Source: a virus
Lineage: Duplodnaviria > Caudoviricetes
Length of the DNA: 39,111 nt
Reading direction: 5' to 3' (one strand)
IMG/VR virus record: IMGVR_UViG_3300009108_000026
Location: 1 to 39,111 of that record
The notes under the pieces are model-generated. The model saw only the letters and a list, made by a program, of their open reading frames with translations. It made no database searches and was not told the DNA's origin. Positions 24,432 to 32,220 of this stretch are shown here, one piece after another (position 1 is the stretch's first letter; every line of letters begins with the position of its first letter). A program made the position numbers and the translations under genes.

Positions 24432-24602
24432 ATCAATGTAGGGATTATTTCTTATACAATCATATGTAATATATGATAATGTACTTTATTAGCAATGTTA
24501 TATATAAGTGTATATAAGTATATGTATTAAACATTAATATTGTATATATAATTATACATTAGTAATTTTTTATAGTTAATTATTAACATTACAAGAGGTT
24601 TA
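24432..24602. promoter_or_regulatory. Divergent lysis/lysogeny control region with operator TGTATA-N6-TATACA (24541-24558)
   Basis: Very AT-rich intergenic region; 18-bp inverted repeat whose spacer is TATAAT; degenerate copy at 24509-24526. Confidence 0.65.
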
Positions 24603-24788
24603 GTGATGAAAATCCACATGCTATCAACAAATCAGGTTGCTGAAGCTCTTAATATCAGTTCATATATGGTTCGTGAACTGATAAAAGATGGAAAGCTGCC
24701 TGCTACTAAAATAAATTATAGGACACTTCGTGTTCGCAAGGATGACCTTGAAAAATTTATAAACGATAGATCCACTTTTAAAAGCTAG
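24603..24788 (+). CDS. Excisionase / Cro-like winged HTH (HTH_17 type)
   Basis: MLSTNQVAEALNISSYMVRELIKDGKLPA.K...LRV...DLEKFI. Confidence 0.85.
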   Translation: MMKIHMLSTNQVAEALNISSYMVRELIKDGKLPATKINYRTLRVRKDDLEKFINDRSTFKS

Positions 24789-25102
24789 TGCATTACGCAT
24801 TAAAGCTACCCCAGCACTCTGGTACTTTTGTCAGGGAAAAAGGAAGCTGGGGTCTATACCATAAATATTGCATAGCTAACAATTTAGCTAAGAAAGGAAT
24901 AGGTGGCACAGTAATACCTATCCTTACACCCATAAAGACCAGGAATAAAGCGAGTCGCAATTCTCCATGTGAATGTGGCTCTGGTCTGAAATACAAAAAG
25001 TGCTGCCTAAATAAAAGCACCCCCCAACCACTCGTTGCCTCCAAACAACAGGCCCACTACCCACAATTACACCCAGAAGGGCCTGACCTGGGGGGTGCTT
25101 AA
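24788..25102 (+). CDS. SEC-C zinc-binding motif protein
   Basis: RNSPCECGSGLKYKKCC matches the SecA C-terminal SEC-C motif; start uncertain. Confidence 0.7.
   Translation: MHYALKLPQHSGTFVREKGSWGLYHKYCIANNLAKKGIGGTVIPILTPIKTRNKASRNSPCECGSGLKYKKCCLNKSTPQPLVASKQQAHYPQLHPEGPDLGGA
25015..25100 (+). promoter_or_regulatory. Structured RNA element occluding the RBS of the exonuclease gene
   Basis: 12-bp perfect outer stem aagcacccccca/tggggggtgctt and 7-bp inner stem caggccc/gggcctg. Confidence 0.6.
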
Positions 25103-25107
25103 CCATC

Positions 25108-26106
25108 ATGGAAAGAATTGGAGATATATTAGAAAAGCAACTTACTAAAATGGAGGATAAACCAGTGGAAAAAATAGAAGAAACTACAATCCAGGCTGCA
25201 TTAGAACTATTGCAGTCACAGGGATATGAATTAAAACAAAATGGTCAAACAGAAAAGAAGGTGAGGCTAATAGAGCCTACCATAGAAATAGAATCTGAGG
25301 ATCTACCAAATGGCAGATTTTACCATGTCCAGGGGGATAAAAATATTAATAGATGGGTACCATCAGTTACAACGATGTTATCTGTGATCAGGATGGGGCC
25401 AGGCTTTGATGCCTGGAATCAGAACCTGGGACATACTGCTCCAAAGGTGAGGAATGCAAAAGCACAACAGGGATCTGATGTCCATTACTTTATGGTCCCA
25501 TTAATGTATGGTCAAACAGTTACATCCCAGGATATATTAATGCATATAGACAATGAGTCCAATGAATCCTGGAAGTGGCTATATAGATCCCCTGAAGAGT
25601 ATACTTACCATATTCGTAAATATCTTGCATCCTTTTGTGAGTTCTGGATGGATCACAGGCCAGTACCAGTAACATGCGAGTATCCCATATACCATGAGAA
25701 ACTTAAATATGGGGGAAGGCTGGATATGATCGTGGAGATGAAAAAGACTAAGGCATCTAAGAAAAACAGTAGAGTTTTGATTGATCTAAAAACAGGATCC
25801 AGATCTAAATCTCATGCATTACAGAACTCTGCCTATAAGTATGGATGGGAAAAAATACATCCAGATAAGCCTATAGACTACATAGCATCCCTGTATGTAT
25901 CAGATGCATACAGGAATGAACCTAAGTATGACCTACACTATCAAAAATTTGACTGGGATGGATTCATGCATGCTGCATTCTTATGGCAGCGTGAGGCCAG
26001 TAACACAAAAGGTGTGCTAATACCATCTATCAAAAAGCCACCACCAACTAAGTTCAACCTGTATGAAGATACAGAACAAGAAGGAGAACAGAAGAATGGC
26101 ATTTAA
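25108..26106 (+). CDS. PD-(D/E)xK exonuclease (RecB/Cas4-like)
   Basis: 332 aa; PSVTT, GSDVH, E, YGGRLD, IDLKTG, Q..AY motifs. Confidence 0.85.
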   Translation: MERIGDILEKQLTKMEDKPVEKIEETTIQAALELLQSQGYELKQNGQTEKKVRLIEPTIEIESEDLPNGRFYHVQGDKNINRWVPSVTTMLSVIRMGPGFDAWNQNLGHTAPKVRNAKAQQGSDVHYFMVPLMYGQTVTSQDILMHIDNESNESWKWLYRSPEEYTYHIRKYLASFCEFWMDHRPVPVTCEYPIYHEKLKYGGRLDMIVEMKKTKASKKNSRVLIDLKTGSRSKSHALQNSAYKYGWEKIHPDKPIDYIASLYVSDAYRNEPKYDLHYQKFDWDGFMHAAFLWQREASNTKGVLIPSIKKPPPTKFNLYEDTEQEGEQKNGI

Positions 26107-26347
26107 GAGTGGTTTTACCAAACCAGAAAAGAAACCCTATAAGAATAAAGAGGGTAGGGGGGCCTTATTCCCAAACAAAGAGAAACCAAAGGAAACATCA
26201 CCAGATTATTCTGGAACTATCAATATAGGTGATGGAGAAGGTGATCGATGGCTAAATGGCTGGAATGCTGATGGGAGAATAAACATTTCCATTGGTGACA
26301 AAAAACCTGATGCAGCACCAGCAAAGGATGACGATTTCCCCTTTTAG
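26096..26347 (+). CDS. Small ssDNA-binding protein (DUF736-like)
   Basis: Start moved to ATG 26096 (RBS AAGGAG); GALFPN..K..PDYSG.I..W; SSB-type acidic tail DDDFPF. Confidence 0.7.
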   Translation: MAFKSGFTKPEKKPYKNKEGRGALFPNKEKPKETSPDYSGTINIGDGEGDRWLNGWNADGRINISIGDKKPDAAPAKDDDFPF

Positions 26348-26349
26348 AA

Positions 26350-26823
26350 GTGATCAGTAAAACGATAGAAGTAGGGTGGAAGGCTGAAGAGTCTTTTAAG
26401 GCTACAGCCTCCACCCTTGGGTTTAAAGTGTACAGATCTCCAGGGATATTAGATACAAAAGAACATTGGGATCTTTATATGAAGATGAAGATCGATGTCA
26501 AGGCCATGAAAAAGATCAATCGTTATGATAAAGAAGTCCAGGACGAATGGCATTGGCTGGAGCTGCACAGTGTAAGGGAAGGTAATGAGGGTTGGATATA
26601 TGGGTCTAAGGCAGATGCAATAGCCTTCGAGACAAAGGGGCCATGGGTTATTGTAACAGTAAATAATTTAATAAGATTTATAGAACGATATGTTAAGGAT
26701 GAGGAAGTTGATAAAGCCTCAGAGGCTAAGTATAAAATTTATTCAAGGAATGGAATAGATATGGTCACTCTTGTTGAGACTTCAGAATTAAAAAAAATAG
26801 GATGGTTATGTGGCAGTAGTTGA
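26350..26823 (+). CDS. PD-(D/E)xK-family endonuclease
   Basis: 157 aa; G..AE..F, HWD, IDVKA, GW..GS.AD. Confidence 0.7.
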   Translation: MISKTIEVGWKAEESFKATASTLGFKVYRSPGILDTKEHWDLYMKMKIDVKAMKKINRYDKEVQDEWHWLELHSVREGNEGWIYGSKADAIAFETKGPWVIVTVNNLIRFIERYVKDEEVDKASEAKYKIYSRNGIDMVTLVETSELKKIGWLCGSS

Positions 26824-27007
26824 CTGGAAAGATACGATAGGATGGAAGTACCCTTACACTGGGGTGAATGATCCTAAGTATATAAAAGCTAGGGACAAAC
26901 TATTCAGCGAAAATGGTCATGGCTGGTGGGTAAATGATGGTAGGGGATGGAATCCAAAAGCAAAGCTACCATCAGAGGTGACAGCAACATACAGAAATAA
27001 AAGTTAG
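26810..27007 (+). CDS. Hypothetical Trp-rich protein
   Basis: 65-aa ORF overlapping the upstream gene; tiles the operon. Confidence 0.55.
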   Translation: MAVVDWKDTIGWKYPYTGVNDPKYIKARDKLFSENGHGWWVNDGRGWNPKAKLPSEVTATYRNKS

Positions 27008-27030
27008 AAATGAATAACCTGGGAATTTAA

Positions 27031-27222
27031 ATGATAAAACTACCATTTATAAAAAGATCAAAGTATGATCTATTAAAAAAAGAGCATGATGCTCTGATAG
27101 GAAAAGAGAAACAGCTAGATAGAACTATAAATATCATCTACAATATTGTTCTGGGATGGCGTAAAAAGAAGATGGGAAACCTGAAGGCTATAAGTGAGAT
27201 TTCAAAAAGATTTATAAAATGA
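27031..27222 (+). CDS. Hypothetical protein
   Basis: 63-aa ORF tiling the early operon. Confidence 0.55.
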   Translation: MIKLPFIKRSKYDLLKKEHDALIGKEKQLDRTINIIYNIVLGWRKKKMGNLKAISEISKRFIK

Positions 27223-27280
27223 ATAAAAATGATAAGTATCATAAAATCACTAATCAATTAATAAATGGAGATTAATAAAA

Positions 27281-27472
27281 ATGGTAGAAAACTTTGTAAG
27301 AGTAACAAAATGGATTGGTCCAAATGAGAAAATAACATCAGGTAAGTGGGGAGTTGTAACTGGACAAACATGGTGCCATAATGAGGCAAAGGATATGGAA
27401 GAAAGGACTAATAATAGATGTCAAGTTCATGTAAATAAAGATGGGAAAATAGCAATTCATAGAGATATATAA
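27281..27472 (+). CDS. Hypothetical protein
   Basis: 63 aa; RBS GGAG. Confidence 0.6.
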   Translation: MVENFVRVTKWIGPNEKITSGKWGVVTGQTWCHNEAKDMEERTNNRCQVHVNKDGKIAIHRDI

Positions 27473-27483
27473 ATTGTAAAATA

Positions 27484-27885
27484 ATGAAACTGGATACAAA
27501 TGTTCCAATGGTTATAGGTATGCTGGGAGAACTATCTGTCAGAAAGGAGTTACATAAACAGGGCTACAATGTATATGTACCAATCTGTGATACATCCCAG
27601 GTAGATCTAATAGTGGAACAGGATAATGGAACATTTTCAAAAGTAAATGTAAAGACAGTTTCTAAATTTACAACCAGGACATCTATCCAGATCAACTGTA
27701 GGAAACATGTTAACACTGATAGGGTGGACTGTATTGCTGTTTATTGGCCCCCTGACGATATTGTTGCCTTTGTACCCTATACTAACCAGGAACGAATCAC
27801 TTTGGCCCTTAAAACAGCTAAAAATAATCAAAAGCAGGGTCGTAACTGGTTCTGGTCCTACACTGATTTTCCAGAGTTTGAATAA
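27484..27885 (+). CDS. PD-(D/E)xK endonuclease (PDDEXK_5 / group-I-intron-associated type)
   Basis: G..GE..V...L...GYNV..P....DLIV.......VNVKT. Confidence 0.75.
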   Translation: MKLDTNVPMVIGMLGELSVRKELHKQGYNVYVPICDTSQVDLIVEQDNGTFSKVNVKTVSKFTTRTSIQINCRKHVNTDRVDCIAVYWPPDDIVAFVPYTNQERITLALKTAKNNQKQGRNWFWSYTDFPEFE

Positions 27886-28108
27886 TGGGGTGGATAATAA
27901 CTATTAATACAACTAAGCCTGGGGGTGAACATATAAGCCACCAGGATGTGAATGAGTGTTTTATTGGTTCACAAAAAGAGTTGGTGAGTTTAAATGTTAT
28001 CAGGTTGGCGAACTGATCCACCCCATGAATTCAAAGTATAAATTTTTACAGCAGCAAATTAATCTTCACAGAAGAAGAGAATTATCAAATCAAACCATGG
28101 AGGCAAAT

Positions 28109-28291
28109 ATGATAAGTAAATGTTGTGGGTCCCCCCCCTTGTTAAATACAGATGTCCATGATGGAATTGCAATCTGTGATTCATGCAGAGAGTGGTCTGG
28201 ATTCTATGATGAGGATGAAGAATTGGGCATAGATAAGGACTATATCGAAGCCAGGGATCCAGGTGATGAACATCAGGAGAAGAAATTATGA
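28109..28291 (+). CDS. Small zinc-finger protein
   Basis: RBS GGAGG favours ATG 28109 over 27956; SKCCG...ICDSCREW. Confidence 0.6.
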   Translation: MISKCCGSPPLLNTDVHDGIAICDSCREWSGFYDEDEELGIDKDYIEARDPGDEHQEKKL

Positions 28292-28665
28292 CAACTACAG
28301 CAGCAGATCATATCATGGATGGAATGTGTGAGAAGATATGGCCTGAAATCAGTGCTTTTAAATCAGACCATCCAGAGCTAACTGATAGAGATCTAACTGA
28401 TATAATAGCAGAGGACTTTGGTATACTACCTGGTACAGCAGCAACTGTATTAATTGCATACTACGATAATGAAAAGAAAAGAATAAATGAGGATGTGGTG
28501 ATATTGATAAAAAACAGACTGGCTGCTGGTGCTAAAAAGTATGGCGAAGAGATCCTGGTTGATGATAGTAGAGATATGCTGCAGGAATCCCTGGAAGAGA
28601 TCCTGGATGCATGTGTTTACCTGGCATGTAAATTAATTCAACTAAAAAGAGTTGATGATCAATAA
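28288..28665 (+). CDS. Putative all-alpha NTP pyrophosphohydrolase (MazG-like) domain protein
   Basis: R...GAKKYG.....LQESLEEILDACVYL (EExxD acidic helix). Confidence 0.5.
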   Translation: MTTTAADHIMDGMCEKIWPEISAFKSDHPELTDRDLTDIIAEDFGILPGTAATVLIAYYDNEKKRINEDVVILIKNRLAAGAKKYGEEILVDDSRDMLQESLEEILDACVYLACKLIQLKRVDDQ

Positions 28666-29488
28666 AGGTTACATCAGTCTATTTAGAAAGATCCAGGATC
28701 ATTGGATATGGGATGATAAGCCTGTATCCAAAGGCCAGGCATGGGTTGATATGCTGCTATGGGCCAGTCACAGGGATCGTGAAGTACCTATTACTGATGG
28801 GTTCGTACAGATCAAAACAGGTGAGTTTATACGCACTTTAAGGCAGATGGGAGAGGCCTGGGGATGGTCCAAAAACAAGGTAAGTCACTTTCTAAAACAG
28901 GGACAAGATAGTGGTATGATCACAATCAAAACAGGGACAAAAGCTACTCATGTAAGTATCATTAACTACGAGAGTTACAGGAACACTACCTTAAGCGAAG
29001 GGACAAGAAAGGGACAAGAAAGGGACAAGCAAGGGACAACGAAGGGACATAACAAAGAATTAAAAAGAATTAAAAAGAATTATATTAATGGGTCTGCAAT
29101 GGTAAAACCATATGCAGAAAGAGTAGATGAGTATTTTAAAAGTATTAAACCAGATCTAATAGAAATCTGGAATCAAGCCTATCCTAATATTGACATTCCC
29201 CTACAGCTAGGTATAGCTAAGTCCTGGTTAATCTCTAACCCTAACAAAGCGAAAAAGGACTTTAATAGATTTGTGAACAACTGGCTGGCGAAGGCTATGG
29301 AAATGCCACGATCACAGGTTGCTCCTAAACCACACCCTAATGTGGAATACGATTACCACTGTACGAACTGCGAAACTAAACAGAAGTGCAAACTGGAGCC
29401 TAAGGATGTGTATAAGGTTGGGTGTAAAAAGTGTGGGATTAAGGGCATGCTGGTCAGGCCATGGGAGTGGGAGTACACAAAGAAATGA
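28652..29488 (+). CDS. Replication initiator / replisome organiser with C-terminal zinc ribbon
   Basis: GYISLFRKI..HWIW..AWVDMLL..GEF..WGW..V..FL wHTH; internal iterons; FVNNWL; CTNC..CKKC. Confidence 0.82.
   Translation: MMINKGYISLFRKIQDHWIWDDKPVSKGQAWVDMLLWASHRDREVPITDGFVQIKTGEFIRTLRQMGEAWGWSKNKVSHFLKQGQDSGMITIKTGTKATHVSIINYESYRNTTLSEGTRKGQERDKQGTTKGHNKELKRIKKNYINGSAMVKPYAERVDEYFKSIKPDLIEIWNQAYPNIDIPLQLGIAKSWLISNPNKAKKDFNRFVNNWLAKAMEMPRSQVAPKPHPNVEYDYHCTNCETKQKCKLEPKDVYKVGCKKCGIKGMLVRPWEWEYTKK
28894..29089 (+). repeat. Iteron-type replication origin
   Basis: Five tandem 11-bp AAGGGACA(A/T)NN repeats at 28998-29052, two AAAACAGGGACAA copies at 28894 and 28928, followed by AT-rich AAAGAATTA x3. 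Confidence 0.8.
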
Positions 29489-29895
29489 GGTCGTATACAT
29501 TGGAGGTGGATGGTGTACCTAAGGCCCAGGTTAGACATAGGCATAAAAGGTTTGGTGGTGTGTATGATCCATCTGCCAAAGATAAAATGTTGTTCAAAGC
29601 TAGGCTTGTTGATCAATGGGATAATGAGCCATTGACAGGGAGTATATCAATCAAGTTGAGATTTAAAATGCCCTATCGTAAATCAGATTTTAGAACAGGG
29701 AAGTTTGCTGGTGAATTAAAACCAAACGCTCCCACTGTACATACTGTTAAACCAGATATTGATAACCTGGAAAAGTTTGTGCTTGATGCACTGAATGGAT
29801 TTGTGTGGAAAGATGACTCACAGATCTGGTATGTAGAAAAACGAAAAACCTATAACCTTAAACCTGGAATAATAATAGAGGTTAATGAAACATAA
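29485..29895 (+). CDS. rusA: RusA-family Holliday junction resolvase
   Basis: P..Q.RHR, KPDIDNLEKFVLDALNG..WKDDSQI; start ATG 29485 overlaps the upstream stop. Confidence 0.92.
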   Translation: MRSYTLEVDGVPKAQVRHRHKRFGGVYDPSAKDKMLFKARLVDQWDNEPLTGSISIKLRFKMPYRKSDFRTGKFAGELKPNAPTVHTVKPDIDNLEKFVLDALNGFVWKDDSQIWYVEKRKTYNLKPGIIIEVNET

Positions 29896-29907
29896 AAGGA
29901 GTAACAG

Positions 29908-30084
29908 ATGGAAACATTCTGGCTTTACACACTAACTGTAATTGTATTTGGTATGATCGTGTTGTCGTACCATAAAAAACTAAGAGAACATAAAAGGTCA
30001 TTGCGTGACTGGAGGCAGAGATCTATGGATCTAAATGCCAGTCTATTAAAGAGTCAAAGGTTCATGGATGTAATTAATGAGTAG
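29908..30084 (+). CDS. Small N-terminal TM protein (not in ORF track)
   Basis: RBS AAGGAG; 58 aa METFWLYTLTVIVFGMIVLSYHKK... Confidence 0.65.
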   Translation: METFWLYTLTVIVFGMIVLSYHKKLREHKRSLRDWRQRSMDLNASLLKSQRFMDVINE

Positions 30085-30247
30085 CAATACATCCACTGGT
30101 GATAATATAGGAGAAGTCAAGTTCAAAGAAGAAGATATGTCCCTGGAAGATGTTATAGATGATATTCATTTTAAACTTTTGAAGATTGAACATGTTTTAA
30201 ATGCCCTAGTAGATGGTATCAGGAAGGTTGCTGGTGAAGATCAGTAA
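30077..30247 (+). CDS. Hypothetical protein (not in ORF track)
   Basis: 56 aa MSSNTSTGDN...VAGEDQ; fills the gap with overlapping ends. Confidence 0.5.
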   Translation: MSSNTSTGDNIGEVKFKEEDMSLEDVIDDIHFKLLKIEHVLNALVDGIRKVAGEDQ

Positions 30248-30410
30248 TAGTAGACAGAATATACTTATTGAGGCCCTAAAAACATACAGGGATAAGCTGA
30301 AATCAATGATGATAGATTACAATGAAGTTCAGGGATTTCTTGATGATTTTAGAAAAGAGAAAAACAGGATTGAACAACAGGAAGTACGAACTGATACAGA
30401 CAATAGCTAA
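30213..30410 (+). CDS. Hypothetical protein
   Basis: 65-aa ORF; the true start may be GTG 30234. Confidence 0.45.
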   Translation: MVSGRLLVKISNSRQNILIEALKTYRDKLKSMMIDYNEVQGFLDDFRKEKNRIEQQEVRTDTDNS

Positions 30411-30597
30411 ATCCCAAAGCCCATACCCTGATGGGATTGGTGTGGATCGTAGCCTGTTTGCAATGAGGCAAGTTGTGGCTATGGGTAAGCCACTGGATGA
30501 GTGTTCAATTGATGAACTAAAAGAGATCATTAGACTGTCACGATATGAGTATCGTTTACTTAAATATAAAACAACAAAAAAGCCCCTGAAGAAATAG
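30322..30597 (+). CDS. Hypothetical protein
   Basis: 91-aa ORF ending at the terminator; the true start is probably further downstream. Confidence 0.5.
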   Translation: MKFRDFLMILEKRKTGLNNRKYELIQTIAKSQSPYPDGIGVDRSLFAMRQVVAMGKPLDECSIDELKEIIRLSRYEYRLLKYKTTKKPLKK

Positions 30598-30607
30598 GGG
30601 CTTAATT
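30576..30607. terminator. Terminator between the convergent early and int operons
   Basis: aagcccct/aggggctt stem with an A-run on the left (U-tract for the minus strand). Confidence 0.75.
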
Positions 30608-30621
30608 GGTTCAGATGTGAT

Positions 30622-30759
30622 CTACAATCTACTCAGGTACTGCCTGACTATGGATCCTAAGAACTTCTGAAAGCTCATCCCAGATTTTAATGCAAGGATC
30701 CTTAATCTATTCTTCTCAGGCTTACTGATCTCGATCTTTAAGTACACATAGTTTTTCAT
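30622..30759 (-). CDS. Ribbon-helix-helix (Arc/CopG-like) DNA-binding protein (not in ORF track)
   Basis: RBS AGGAG directly after the int stop; 45 aa MKNYVYLKIEISKPEKNRLRILALKSGMSFQKFLGSIVRQYLSRL. Confidence 0.75.
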   Translation of the reverse strand: MKNYVYLKIEISKPEKNRLRILALKSGMSFQKFLGSIVRQYLSRL

Positions 30760-30768
30760 TGTTCTCTC

Positions 30769-31914
30769 CTATTTCAATTGGTCAATTGCTTTATGTGCTA
30801 ACTCCTGGTCTACCTTCTTCACATAAGTTTTAGTGAGTAACTTAGTGGTTGTGTGACCAGTGATCAGCTTGATCTCATCCAGGCTGTAACCTGTATTGAA
30901 AAGATTCGTTGCAAATGTATGTCTCAATGATCCCAGGCTCGTTTTAACCTTACCACCTGAAACCTTTAACACTGCCTCTTTGAATCTCTTACTGGATAGA
31001 TCTCTTTCCTTCTTAGTCTGGTAGACACCAAAAAAACCATTACTGTTATCCAGGATCTGTTGGATCTTTGGATGAACTGGGATCCTTACATTTACCTTCG
31101 ACTTGGTTCTGCTGCCATCAATGTATCTTCCACCATTGTCACCACGAATACTGCCTCTGGTCAATGAAGAAACATCAATTGGATTCAAACCAGTGTATCG
31201 TAAGAATGTCCAGAAGATCTTATCAGTCTCCCTGGCATCAACAATAACAGCATCTAAAATAGCATCACTAATGTGGATGTATTCCTTTTGTGCCTTCGTT
31301 CCAGGCTTATAGGCAGACTTAACAGGGTTGCTGTCAATGTAATCATTATCATTAGCATACTGTAATGCCTGGTTGATTGGTTTAAGATAGTTAGTGATCG
31401 TGTTAGGTGCCTTGCCTTCATCCTTTTTAGTCTTGATGAAATCATTGATAGTTCCAACCTTGATCTCAGATATTAAAGAGATATTGACAGAGTCAAGATA
31501 TTTCTGGAAGATCCCTGAATTCTGTCTCTCTTTATCAATCCAGTTTTGTGATTTATCATCTGATACCAGGCCCAACCATTCAACTCTAAGGTCACTGAAT
31601 GTGTAATCAGTATGGTTAATAACCTTATTAACTGCTGATCCAGGTAAGTGATCTGATAGTAGGATTGCTAACTTAACTTTATCTGAATCCTCTAATGTAT
31701 CAATCATCTTAATGATTGTGCTAAGATCAGCTGAGTTAACCTTTTTTGTTATCTCATTCAATTCAGTATCTGCTGCTATTTGCATTGCTAGTCGTTCAGC
31801 CTTACGCTTACCATACTGGCTAACCCTTATCTTTGTTGAAGCTCTATGATATCTGCCTAGAGCATCTTGATATTTCATGTGAAAAATGTCTCCACGAAGT
31901 GTTATGCTGGCCAT
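30769..31914 (-). CDS. int: Tyrosine integrase with non-canonical active site
   Basis: 381 aa; RBS GAGGAGG; N-terminal arm-binding-like domain, SAM-like core (TITNYL..NPV), YTGLNPID, RTKS, SLRHTFAT, GH, Y. Confidence 0.92.
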   Translation of the reverse strand: MASITLRGDIFHMKYQDALGRYHRASTKIRVSQYGKRKAERLAMQIAADTELNEITKKVNSADLSTIIKMIDTLEDSDKVKLAILLSDHLPGSAVNKVINHTDYTFSDLRVEWLGLVSDDKSQNWIDKERQNSGIFQKYLDSVNISLISEIKVGTINDFIKTKKDEGKAPNTITNYLKPINQALQYANDNDYIDSNPVKSAYKPGTKAQKEYIHISDAILDAVIVDARETDKIFWTFLRYTGLNPIDVSSLTRGSIRGDNGGRYIDGSRTKSKVNVRIPVHPKIQQILDNSNGFFGVYQTKKERDLSSKRFKEAVLKVSGGKVKTSLGSLRHTFATNLFNTGYSLDEIKLITGHTTTKLLTKTYVKKVDQELAHKAIDQLK

Positions 31915-31960
31915 CGAGTGCCTCCTCTTAATTAATTAATAAAACTCATTGCACCTGGAA

Positions 31961-32030
31961 TATACAGCTGTATAACAAGTTATACAAGTAATGATTATAT
32001 ATAGTTATATAATAGTATAATAAATTAATA
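31961..32030. promoter_or_regulatory. Divergent int / late control region with operator TGTATA-N6-TATACA (31969-31986)
   Basis: tgtataac-aa-gttataca inverted repeat, overlapping palindrome tatacagctgtata, and TATAAT boxes. Confidence 0.6.
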
Positions 32031-32143
32031 GTTTGTAGAGATAAATTACATTCTTATACTGATGTATGAATTTTGAAAGGAAATTGGTTTAATGGCAGTC
32101 AGTGAACAATTCTGGGAATTTGGTGGTATCGTGGCCAGATCAT

Positions 32144-32220
32144 TGTTGCAGGCTTGTTAAGCGTGTACCCATCGAGGAGAAAATGTAAAATGAATGAATA
32201 TTGTGACCAGATTGTGACTA
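32144..32220 (-). other. Second att-like site (core plus arm repeats), inverted relative to attP
   Basis: The minus strand reads tagtcacaatctggtcacaat-29nt-gggtacacgctt-aac-aagcctgca, matching the attP arm repeats and core ggatacacgctt-gga-aagcgtgta. Confidence 0.7.

Noticed and set aside
27885-28108. Short ORFs 27885..27986 and the 5' extension of 27956..28291
   Set aside because: No convincing RBS or motifs; the coding status is unresolved.
28998-29052. CRISPR-like array
   Set aside because: The 11-bp tandem repeats have no spacers and lie inside the initiator gene, so they are iterons. The Cas4-like exonuclease has no cas context.
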